A DNA stretch of 58,911 nt, filler included, from Jimgerdemannia flammicorona (taxonomy: Eukaryota): the NCBI GenBank assembly GCA_003990765.1. It is 3 parts of 3 records of this genome, joined end to end, with 100 filler letters (N's around TTAATTAATTAA, not from the genome) between each part and the next. Parts side by side here need not be neighbours in the genome. Positions count along the whole stretch, not along the records: positions 1 to 19,575 come from RBNJ01001906.1; positions 19,676 to 39,245 come from RBNJ01001907.1; 1 more part is not named here. The stretch is one strand, 5' to 3'. Shown here in pieces: positions 11,790 to 22,289 of this stretch. The notes under the pieces were generated by a model. The model ran no database searches. It was given only the letters and a program-made list of their open reading frames with translations, and had not been told where the DNA came from. Each line of letters opens with the position of its first letter. The stretch's first letter is position 1. The position numbers and the translations under genes are program-made.

Positions 11790-14700
11790 TCCTTGAGTCT
11801 GTTCTTATATACCATGGTAGGTAGTATGGTCCCTGAGATTTTTCTAAGCCAGAAGGTAGTTCCCTTGATATCTTGCACATAGAAGAGTTCTTCCCATTTG
11901 GGCTCTAGTTTTCGTAACTATGAGGCTTCTATCATATTGTGATACAGTAGGAAATTTTCTCCAATTTGGATGGGTTCTAGGGTCTTGTAATTCTTTTCCA
12001 CATTCTTCCTTATTAGTGCTGGTGACTTGATAATGTAATCTTCAGCCTTCTTCCTGATTTAGTATAGCCTCTGGATTTCTGCATCAACCTATCTCCAAGT
12101 AAGGTCTAGATTTGTGGCTAAGATTCCATCAGAATCTTCTTCTCTGAAGAGCAGCTCTCTTGGGGTAAAGTATGTACTCTGTGACCATATGTCTCATAGA
12201 ACAGAGAGGGCAGTTGGGAGATAGTTATCCCAATTCTCATATATCTCTGAGATCTTCACTAGGATGTTCTTGAGGGTCTTATTGGTTCTCTCTATCTGTC
12301 CATTTTCTTGAGAGTGGTATATGGTGGTCTTGATGTGCTAGATATTATATTTCTGATACATTATCTTATAGAATTTATTGACAAATTCTGTGCCATGGTC
12401 TGTTGTGATTTGCTTTGGTTTCTTGTAGTAGCAGATGATTTCTTGATACAGGAAGTCAGCTATAGAGAGGACATTGGCTTCTTGTAATGCTCCTACTTCT
12501 ACCCATTTGGTGAAGAGGTCTACAATAACTATAATATAGCAGTTCCCTGATAGTATTACTGGTAGTGGCCCAATGATATCTATAGCAATATGGTGGAAGG
12601 GGATAGGCTCAATTCTTGATGACCCAGGTGCCTGATCTTGCTGATCTTATTTCTGGTTTTGGTACTTATCACACCCTTTGACAAATTGGTGCAGGTCTTC
12701 TTCCATCTTGGGCCATCACATGGTTCTTCTTGCCTTGTCATATATGTTGGTTCCTTCTAGGTGTCCTTGCTCATATACTTTCTTCATTACTTGATACTTC
12801 TTGTATTCAGGTATTACTAGCTTTCCTCCTTTTCTGAGTGTAGTGTTGTCTAGTTCAAACTGTTTTCAAGTCCAGTTGATGATGGTGATTTTCCAGGGTT
12901 TGAGGTGGTTGGACATCTTCCACTGTCCAAGATAGCTGATTAATCCATAGTATAGCTTCTTATTCATATTAAATAGTCTTGATGGGGGTGTTTTGGAGTA
13001 TCCTTGAGAGTGCATCAGCATTGGTGTTGGTTCTTTCTGAGCAGTGCTTGACAGTACAGTCATACTCTTGCAGCCTGTAGATCTATTTAGCATATATTCC
13101 TTTGAGGTTCAGAGTGAGGAATAGCCAGGCAAGAGCAGAATGGTCTGTTTGAATAGTGAAGTGTTTCCCAGCTAGGTAGTAGTGAAACTTATCTACTGCC
13201 CAAACTACTGCTAAGCATTCAAGCTTGCATGATATATAGTTCTGTTCTACTCTATGAGTACCTTAGCTTGCATAGGAGATGACATATTCATGTCCATCTT
13301 TCTTCTAAGCTAGGACTGCTCTAAGTCCTATAGCACTTGCATCTGTCTGCAGGATGAATTCTAGGTTTCAATCTGGTCTTCTGAGGATAGGTACTTGGGT
13401 CAATCTGGTCTTGAGTTCATTGAAAGTTTCTTGGCACTCCTTGGTCCATTCAAATTTGGTTTCCTTCTTCAGTAGCTCGTAGATAGGTGCTGTAATGTTG
13501 GAATATCCTTTGATAAATCTTCTGTAGTAGCTGGCCAGTCCAAGGAAGACATGGACTTCTGTGGTTGTTCTAGGTCTCAGGTAGGCTACAACAGCCTCAA
13601 TCTTTATAGGGTCTGTATGGATACCAGTCTGGTCGATAAGGTGTCCTAGGTAGGCGATTTCTTGAGCTGCAAACTTGCATTTCTTGGGCTTGATGTAGAG
13701 GCCATGCTCCTTGAGCTTCTTGAGGGCTAGCTGTATGTAATTGATATATTCTCATACAGTGTTGCTGAAGATAATCATGTCATCAATATAGATAAAGAGC
13801 CATTTTTCAATCTCATTACTAAAGACTCTATTCATCATTTGCTGAAAACTTGCAGGGGCATTGTATATTCCAAACAGTATTTGCAAGTAAATATAGGTGG
13901 TATCAGGTGTAATAGAAGCTGATTTCTCACTGGCATCTTGAGTGAGACCAATTTGATGGAAGTCTGAGAACAGATCCAAGGTGGTGTAGTATTTAGCTTT
14001 GCTTCCAAGGGTAGTAAGGATTTCTTGAATATTTGGCAAGGGCTGCCTATCATTCTTGGTGATGGCATTGAGCTTTCTGTAGTTAATGCAGAGTCTTGGT
14101 GCAAACTCTCCAGGCTTGCTTCCTTTCTTTGGGGCAAGGACAATGGGTGAAGCCCAGGGACTGATAGCTTGCTTAATGATTCTGGCTTCTTCCATTTCCT
14201 TGAGTTCTGCTCACAGCCACTCTCTGTAGACAGGGGGTATGGGTCTGGCTTTCTGGTAGATGGGCTTGGTATCACTAGTGTCAACTTTATGGTAGTACTT
14301 GGGTTCTTGATTGTGGATATCCCTGAAGTCTGTCACAAGTACTCCTTTGTTCTGATACAGAATCTTGAGAGGTTGTTCCTCCAGAGGAAAGTTTTTTCCA
14401 ATGATATATATGTGCTTGTTCTGGTCCTTATCTTTCTTGTATTTAAGTTCAATAATCTTGGTGGCAGCATAGGCTCCTCTTCCAGTAGATCCAAAGCCTT
14501 GTTCTTCTCTCTTGGTCTTGATAAGTTTGATGGCTTCAGTGATCTTGGGTTTCTTGATTTCATGGATCAGTATCTGGCCAATCCTATCATACTTCTTAAC
14601 TTTGAATGGGGTGGTGGGGTTGTGATTCCTGACTATGAGGAAGATCTCACCAGTGTAATTAGGGTCAATTACTCTTCCTTCAACTGAGATTTCGCTTTTG

Positions 14701-16966
14701 GCCAGACTGCTCCTGGTCTTGATAATTCCAGCATAGTTTTCTGGAAGCTTGACTCCAATTCCAGTGCCAAGTAGAGTGGTGGTCTGTGGTTCGAGGATAG
14801 TATCTTAAATACTGGCAAGGTCTATTTCTATGGCTCCTTCAGTCTTATATTCTGGGATCTTGGCTTCGGGGTGAAACTTCTTGACCTTAAGGGTGATGTC
14901 TGATTCATCATCACTGTCAGCCTGAAGCTCTGGGGGCTGGTCATCTTCTTTGGCTTTCCTTTTGCTTTGGTGGCTTCTTGCTCATGTTTCTGTTGGCAGA
15001 TTTTCCTGACTTCACTGATATAAGACCAGCAGTCATTCAGGTGTTCAGAGCAGTACATCCTAGTACCATAGGGGCATCTTCCTTGAGAGACATAGCTATT
15101 GATGATCTTGTGGTACCACTGCTCATCTGTGAGCTTGGGTGTCTTGTTCTTGTTCTTATTCACTGAGTGCATGAAGACCTCTGTGTTCTCTTCATCTCCT
15201 TCTTCCATGTCTGGTAGAACTCCTTTGTGGACATTGATAGAGACTTGTACCTTTCTTCCTCTATAGTTGATCTGCATCTTCTGGGCATTGAGGTCAATGA
15301 TGGCCTTGGCCTTGTAAAGCCATTGGTTGCCAATGAGGATGTCATAGTTGGTGGCACTTATAACAATCACATCTACTGGGATGGTAGCTCCTCCTATCTT
15401 GATGGTGACTTCTTGGATTTTGCCAAGGAGGATAACTCATATACCATCTACTGTGACATAGACCATCTTGGTGGACTCTTCAATATCTCAGCCTAGGCAG
15501 TCAATCGCCTTCTTGCTCATAAGGCATCCTCTAGCACTGGTATCAATGATGGCATCAAAAATATAGTCTTCAATCTGACATAGGGTATAGGCTGATGTCT
15601 TGCACTGGTCTTCAGATTCTTTACCTGAGTTTTCAGATTCTTCCTGTGAATTGTGAGCTTCTACAATCTTGTACTCTTGATTCTTAGTAGTAGTTGTAAG
15701 TCCTACTCTCAACTGCTGTCTGAAGGCAGAGACTTTAGCTAGCTATCCAAAAGTAGCATTGATCTTCTGTTCCTTGAGATCCTTATAGATATCATACTAG
15801 TGGATCTTGTTCTTGCACAGCTACTGTTCCTTCTTGCTTTTGCTTTCTCCTAAGACTAGAGTAGTGCCTTCAATAATTTGACAGACAGCTTCATCTAACT
15901 CCATATCTTGATCAATCTCCTTGAGTTGAGTTTTGCTTTGAATAGTAACAGCTGGGGTCTTCTTTGGTCTTCCAATTGGCTTACTGTTGCTCTTCTTATC
16001 ATAGGGCTTAGACCAGGTTCTGGTACCTTCAGTAGCAGGGTAGAATTCAAGCTTCTCATAGTATTCTTCATCATCAGTGTCACCAATCACCTCAATGATT
16101 ACTGCATTGGTTTGTTCTCTGGTTCTGCTAGCATTACTCAGTTGGGCTTTGTATCTTGTTTCTGTTATGCAATTTTTTGCATAGTGGCCTTCTTCTCCAC
16201 ATCTGAAGTATATGATATTACATTCTTCTGTAGCAACTGCAAATCTCTGTACTGGTCTCCTGTTGGCACTTTGGACTTCTCTAATAACATCGCTAAGGTG
16301 TGCAGTCATCTCAGTGAACTGCTTGTTGAGTTCTTCCACTGAGTCAGCTTTGGCTATCTTGGGGGTAGGTGGGGTTGGTTGTCTGTTTACAACTGTGGCA
16401 GATATGATACTAGTTGGCTTTGATGGCTCCATCTTGATACCAGTTATTTTCTCCATTGAGTGTTTGGCAGGATGTCTGGCAGTCCAATATCTCTGTGCAA
16501 AGACCACTTTCTGGTCAAGGGTCAGTACAGCTGGGGTAGACTAGATTGCTAGAGCAATTTTAGGGTAAACTCTCTTAAGGAAGATTGAATCTGGTATTTG
16601 TTCCTTGAGGGCATCATCATAGCTAGCCAAGACAATCTGGTGGCAGATTCAGATATAGAATGAGTTGGGATCTTCACTAAGTCTCTGGCAGATAGTATTG
16701 AGTTGATCCTTGAGAGCTTGCTTGATCTCTTCAGTATAGTATGTTGTTCTGAGGAAGGCCTTCATGTTGGCAAGTTTGGCTGTACCATTATTGACAATAG
16801 TGGCTACATTGAACTTATCTCTGGTAGGTCCTCTGAAGCTGACTAGTAGAAGGGCCAATTGTGCATCCACACCAAGGGCTCGTACAGTGGTAAATTGTTC
16901 AAAATCTTCAATGAAGGTCAGGATTGACTCTTTAGTAGTATATCCATAGAATGTGTGGGAGCACAT
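11790..16966 (-). pseudogene. pol: gag-pol of element C (gag, zinc knuckle, PR, dUTPase, RT, RNase H, IN)
   Basis: FRCGEEGHYAKNC knuckle, IIDTSA protease, SPWASPIVL, YIDD, LQTDASAIGL, DIIGPLP, DHGTEF. Ends approximate. Confidence 0.92.
14481..14898 (-). pseudogene. dut: dUTPase domain (element C), missing from the ORF track
   Basis: Manual translation: ITLKVKKFHPEAKIPEYKTEGAIEIDLASI*…GTGIGVKLPENYAGIIKTRSSLAKSEISVEGRVIDPNYTGEI…DRIGQIL…REEQGFGSTG. Confidence 0.92.
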
Positions 16967-17070
16967 TTCTATCTTATTTTGAATTCTTGTAGGAGTGACT
17001 CTTGTAATCAGAGTAGTTGTTATGGGGTTGTTCGTTTTTCAGCTTTAAAGTGAGGGATTCGTCTTGAATT

Positions 17071-17088
17071 ACCAGCCAATGGGCACCA
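17071..17088 (-). promoter_or_regulatory. Primer-binding site of element C (tRNA not identified)
   Basis: TGGTGCCCATTGGCTGGT, 3 nt inside the 5' LTR end. Confidence 0.7.
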
Positions 17089-17091
17089 AGT

Positions 17092-18690
17092 TGTCATGTA
17101 GTAGTTGCTGAGTCCTTCAAATATGCCAGATTCTCTTCAAGGTATATCTCTTAGACTAACTCAAGCTTGTTATAAGCAAGTTCTTATTGGAGTGCCTTCC
17201 CAAGGTCTTATAGTCCTCAAACTTCTTATCTTTAAACTGTCTTGTTACCTCTTAGATTGCTTGCAAGGAAGTGTATATATTGCACTGAGAAGACTGACTT
17301 TATTTCAGAGGAAATAAGAGAGGTATTTATACAAAATATATTTCAATGGTTGCTAAGATATAAAGCTAAATATAAATTCCAATAACTAAAATAAAATGCC
17401 AGGACAAGAAAAACTGGTAAGTTCCAGGGTTAGCACTGATGATTGTATAGGTTCAGGATGCTGGTATAATTTGATATTATATCAAAATACTGGTGCTGAC
17501 ATTATTCAGTGTTACATCAAAATACTAGTACCAGTATTATTCAGTGTTATATCAAAATGTCGGTACTGGTATTATTCAGTATAACTAAGAGACTTAGAGC
17601 AGAATGTTTAAGACTATAGGGGCTTCATCATCAGAGGTCAAGATGTCTTCAAAGGAGATGAGGTCCATAAATGTCTCATCTATCTTATCATTGTTATCAC
17701 ATAGATTGTGCATCTCACATATGTCACACATTTTGTGTGCTTTGATATCATGTGGGATGACATCATCACCAATGATATCATCACATTTGGTGGCAGGAAG
17801 GAGGTCTGGAGCTCTTCAGTCTATTAGGTTCTCTTCCACAAAATAGGAAACAAATGTAGAGTCTTGAGGAGGTCTAACCTGGATGCTTGAGTCTTAGAAT
17901 ACTGAGATCAATCCTTGTAGGAATTGGTCTGGGTTGTTCTAGAGGATAGGATGCCAGAAGTCTTCTACTTCATCACTATTGAGGGTGATAGTGGACTGGG
18001 CTTCTGTAGCCACTCTAGCTTCTAGTGCATTGATATGGTGGGATGATAGATCTCTAAAATCTGAGACTCTAACATACTCCAAGTTGGGGATTGACCATGG
18101 TACATGCCTGAAGATCTGATGGATCTTCTTAGCTGTCCTTGTTTCATATATATCCATAAGAGTGGTATCTTGTAGCTCTTGAGTGCTGGCCTGTAGGAAC
18201 TCCTGGCAGAGAAGGTTTCCTATTTCATATTCCTACCACATTTGGAGGTATTCGGTAGCAATAGTGATCCTGGTTTCCATTTTACAGTGGTAGAGAATAT
18301 AGTGATAAGGGTCACCAGTTCCTAGGTTGACACTAGGAGTCCTTCTTGAGTGAGTCCTCATAGCTCTTCTGATGTCTTGGAACATCCTTTCTTCAACTGA
18401 GGTATCTTGGTGGTTCCTTGACCTTGAGGTTTGGCAGGCAGCAGGCATTTTATTTGTAATGAGTCTTTGAGCTATTTTGGGATTAGTGGGTCTTATTGGT
18501 TGCTGTTACTGTAGTTCCTTAATCCTTTTTTTATATTTCTCAAGATGCTTATATTGTGGTCACAATGACTCTCAGTTGGTCATCATTGCTTATCTCATAT
18601 ACCATATAATCTTCTTGTGCTCTGATCTGGTAGCTTGCAAGGAAAGACTATCTTCTATGCTGATGTCATCATTCTGGGATCACCATTACA
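17092..18690 (-). repeat. 5' LTR of element C (1599 bp)
   Basis: Direct repeat of 9808-11406. Minus-strand TATAAATA at 17331-17324, AATAAA at 17304-17299, and ~35-bp tandem repeats in U3. Confidence 0.93.
17594..18448 (-). pseudogene. LTR-encoded accessory ORF (C, 5' LTR copy), 285 codons
   Basis: ATG at 18448 (MPAACQTSRSR…) to TAA at 17594 in one frame with a few point-mutation stops. Confidence 0.85.
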
Positions 18691-19034
18691 TTAGATAATA
18701 ATTTTATTTTATTGGTAAAACAGGATAAGTATTAGATATCCTGAGATATCTATAACTGCATTTCCAGTAAGTGACTTTTGGGTCCATATACTTGTTTTTG
18801 TAATAGTATATTATTGTTTCATTATAACTTAGCTAAGTTTTATAGTAAAAAAATAGCTCTAACTATAGGGTCTTTTTGTTGTATTTTGGAAGAATATTTC
18901 TCACAGATCTGAACTACTACTGTAGGATTCTATATATAATTTTATCTACTGGCTACTATATAACCTTAGATAGCTATATACAGTATTCTAATTTTTAACT
19001 CTTTATAATATAGAAGAATTCTAATACCAATATA

Positions 19035-19315
19035 TAGTACTCTGAATGAGTCAGTTTGAATCAGTTTGAATTCATCATATGATCAATTCAAACTGATCAA
19101 GATCAGTTCAAATTCATCACATGATTAATTTGAATTAGTTTGAATTGTGACTGCTCTGATTCGAATCTCTAAATTAGTGATTTGAATTACTAAATTTGAA
19201 TCACCAAATTTGAATCATCAGATTCGAATTGTCAGATTTAAATCATTAGATTCAAATCACTGAATTTGAATCTCTAAATTTAAATCAGAGTTTGAATCAT
19301 CTGATTTGAATCCCA
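19035..19315. mobile_element. Probable hAT-like DNA transposon end with decayed GATTCGAATC subterminal repeats
   Basis: Starts TAGTACTCTG (compare TAGTGCTCCA at 38702), followed by many TTTGAATC/TTCAAATC/TTCGAAT units. Confidence 0.5.
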
Positions 19316-19448
19316 TGATAAATAAAATTTACTATGTGATTTATTTATATGTATAAACAGAGAAAAATATTCTCAGGCATGTATACATATGAGCACACAT
19401 ACACAAACACAACCACCAACATATATGTATATATATATGTATATACAC

Positions 19449-19575
19449 TGTAACGTGCCGGCTCAATGGAGGCAAATTACAAGGTTGGGGGTTGATGTAG
19501 TTTGGCTTGAGCCCCCAGTTACTTTGTTAAAAGCAACAAAATGTTCTTGGTGTTTAGCGGTATAATAGTCAAGAT
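19449..19575. mobile_element. Possible LTR terminus truncated by the scaffold gap
   Basis: Abrupt TGTAACG start after a TA-rich tract, with a composition shift. Confidence 0.35.
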
Positions 19576-19675
19576 NNNNNNNNNNNNNNNNNNNNNNNNN
19601 NNNNNNNNNNNNNNNNNNNTTAATTAATTAANNNNNNNNNNNNNNNNNNNNNNNNNNNNNNNNNNNNNNNNNNNN
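19576..19675. other. Artificial scaffold gap (N44-TTAATTAATTAA-N44)
   Basis: N run containing a six-frame stop linker. Confidence 0.98.
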
Positions 19676-19689
19676 AAAAAAAAATCCAA

Positions 19690-20670
19690 ACCTAAAGCAA
19701 GGGCCTAAGATAAGGTGTTGGAGTTGGAGGTGAAGCAACATTGGAGGCGAGGCGACGTTGGAGGCAAGACAATGTTGGAGGCGAGGCGACATTGGAGATG
19801 AGGCAATATTGGAGGTGAGGCAATATTGGAGGCAATATTAGAGGCGAAGGTGAGGTGATGTTGAAGGTGAGACAATGTTGGAGGCAAGGCAATGTTGGAG
19901 GTGAGGCGATGTTGGAGGCGAGGCAATGTTAGAGGCAAGGCGACGTTGGAGGCAAGATAACTTTAGGGTGAGGCAACACTGAAGGCAAGGAATTGGAGGC
20001 GAGGTGACGTTGGAGATGAGGCAATGTTGGAGGTGAGGTGACATTGGAGGCAAGGCAACTTTGGGGTGAGGCAACGCTGGAGGCGAGGCGACATTGGAGG
20101 CAAGGCAATGGCAATGTTGGAGATGAGGCAATATTAGAAGCGAGGCAACATTGGAGGCGAGGCAATATTGGAGGTGAGGAATTGGAGGCAAAGTGATGTT
20201 GGAAGTGAGACAACATTGGAGGCGAGGCATTGGAGGTGAGGCAATGTTGGAGGCAATATTGGAGGCAAGGCACAAGGCAACCAACATTGAAGGCAAGGCA
20301 CAAGGCAACCAACATTGGAGGCAAGGCGTTGGACACTGGAGGCAAGACATTGGAGGTGAGGCAACGTTGGAGGTGATATTGGAGGCAAGGTGTGAGGCAA
20401 CCAATATTGGAGGCAAGGCATTGGATGCTGGAGGTGAGGCATTGGAGGTGAGGCAACATTGGAGGCGAGGCAACATTAGAGGTGAGGCGATGTTGGAGGC
20501 AAGACAATGTTGGAGGTGAGAAATTGGAGGCGAAGTGACATTAGAAGTAAGGCAATGTTGGAGGCGAGGTATTGGAGGTGAGGCAATATTGAAGGTGATG
20601 TTAGAGGCAAGGCATGAGGCAACCAATGTTGGAGGTGAGGTGTTGGATGCTGGAGGTGAGACATTGGAGG
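19690..20670. repeat. 17-bp minisatellite, G-rich orientation (consensus TTGGAGGCGAGGCGACG, CpG-decayed)
   Basis: Dozens of variants such as TTGGAGGTGAGGCAATG and TTGGAGGCAAGGCAACA. Confidence 0.95.
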
Positions 20671-20678
20671 CAAGGTCA

Positions 20679-20781
20679 ATGGAGGCAGAACCATCAATGG
20701 AGACAAAACCATCAATAGAGGTAGAACCACTGATAGCAGAACTGTCAATGATGGAGTCAATAGAGGCAGAACCATCGATGG
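20679..20781. repeat. 18-bp tandem repeat (ATGGAGGCAGAACCATCA)
   Basis: About 5 imperfect units. Confidence 0.8.
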
Positions 20782-20806
20782 GTGTATAATATTAAAAAAT
20801 TCAATT

Positions 20807-20842
<36 letters not shown>

Positions 20843-20987
20843 TAAAAAGAAAAATACAATTGGCATAATAAAAATATACAATTGGTATATAATAAAATAT
20901 AAAAGCATATGGCATAATTATAATTTACATACAAATTGTGGCTTAATACACTCACTTTGTGGCTTAGTACACTCCTAAACAACAGTT

Positions 20988-21739
20988 TTACACATGACAC
21001 ATATTTTGAGGAATATGTCATTATTCCTTCAGCACTCCAGCTATATTGTCCACAGACATCCCTTATACTCCAACTACTTGATTTGGAGTTAAACGTGATG
21101 TTATATCATAAATTCTTCTTGCCCGAGTAAGAATCTTATCTTTGTTCCATGAATGTAGTGTAGATAGCTCTTCATAGAATTTCCTTCCAACTGCTATTTC
21201 TTTAGAATGCTGAGTAGCTGAATTATCATCTTGCTCATTAGTTCAAAGTTTTTTTCCAAGCAAATGCTATGCACGTAAAATTTCACCAGTCTGGGAACCA
21301 TTATTGACTTAGTGTACTAGGTCTTGATAATTTCCAATAGAATCTTCTTCTTGCGGCTCAATTTGGTTTTGGGCCTTTTGAAGGGCTGCTTCAACATCTT
21401 GAGGGGCCACCATTACTGTTATAACCTTTTGTTTAGTTGTCTGCTTTCTCTTCTTGATGGCAGCTCAATGAGGTGGTGGTCTCTCTCATGATACAGTAGG
21501 AGAAGAAGAGAATTCAGTAATTCCAGTATAGAACATTGGACCTTTTCATGGAATATGAATTTCAGCTGTGAAGATGTACTTGTACAAGATCTAAGGCAAT
21601 TTTGACCTTGTTTGGAAAGTCAGAGCAGTTGAGTTACTACTCTGTCTACTTCATCATTTTGAGTAATCTCCCACCTTTGTTTATACAGACAGCTACTTTA
21701 AGGCAGTGACTGTCCTTGATTGAAGGCTGCCTGCGCCAT
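20988..21739 (-). pseudogene. Pseudogene of unknown function, probable distant relative of the LTR-encoded ORFs
   Basis: Frame 21536-20988 reads through transition-type stops: …GEILRA*HLLGKKL*…AVGRKFYEEL…KILTRARRIYDITSRL…VVGV*GMSVDNIAGVL. A possible upstream ATG at 21739 needs one frameshift. Confidence 0.6.
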
Positions 21740-22289
21740 CAAGAACAGGTTGAAGATTACAAATAGCCGATATTTTTCTGACTCAATGCTCTTTTCCAAC
21801 TTTCTTCAATGTCTCGCCTCCAACATTGCCTTGCCTCCAACATCTTGCCTCCAACATTGCCTCACCTCCAATGCCTCGCCAGAGGTGAGGCGATGTTGAA
21901 GGCGAGGCGATGTTGGAGGTGAGGCATTGGAGGCGAGGTGATATTGGAGGCAAGGCAACATTGGAGGCGAGGCAATGTTGGAGGCAAGGCGATGTTGGAG
22001 GTGAGGTGATATTACTTATCAACTGCTGTGAAATCTGATATTTTTTAATAGTATTTCAAGCCACTCAAGCTACTCAAGCTACTTATTAACTACTGGTTGA
22101 AATCTTTAAATAAATTTATTTAAATAAGAAATTGGTTAAGTTACAATTTTCTGAGAGACACGATGATGTGAATGATATTTTTTAACAGTATTTTCAGCAT
22201 CAAGAAGTTCCCCATTTAGTTCCAATCCTGAATTGGTAAAAAAACACATGACTAGGTGGTATATATCAAAACATGTAAAAACACACATC

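Larger units (their letters stand above)
9808..18690 (-). mobile_element. Full-length Ty3/Gypsy LTR retrotransposon C (second dUTPase-bearing family)
   Basis: Two 1599-bp LTRs with TG...CA ends, PBS-like TGG at 17088, PPT at 11407-11416, and gag-PR-dUTPase-RT-RH-IN on the minus strand. Confidence 0.95.

Noticed and set aside
14900..14975. -1 frame change just before the dUTPase in element C as a programmed frameshift
   Set aside because: Single copy and no canonical slippery heptamer (A_GGA_AAG at best). It cannot be told apart from a decay indel.
9803..18695. TSD for element C
   Set aside because: The flanks TATAT and TTAGA do not match convincingly.
18691..19034. Continuation of the Copia integrase after element C
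   Set aside because: Too decayed to recover convincing motifs.
19620..19631. TTAATTAATTAA palindrome (also at 39290-39301)
   Set aside because: Assembly linker inside N gaps. Adjacency across the gaps is not reliable.
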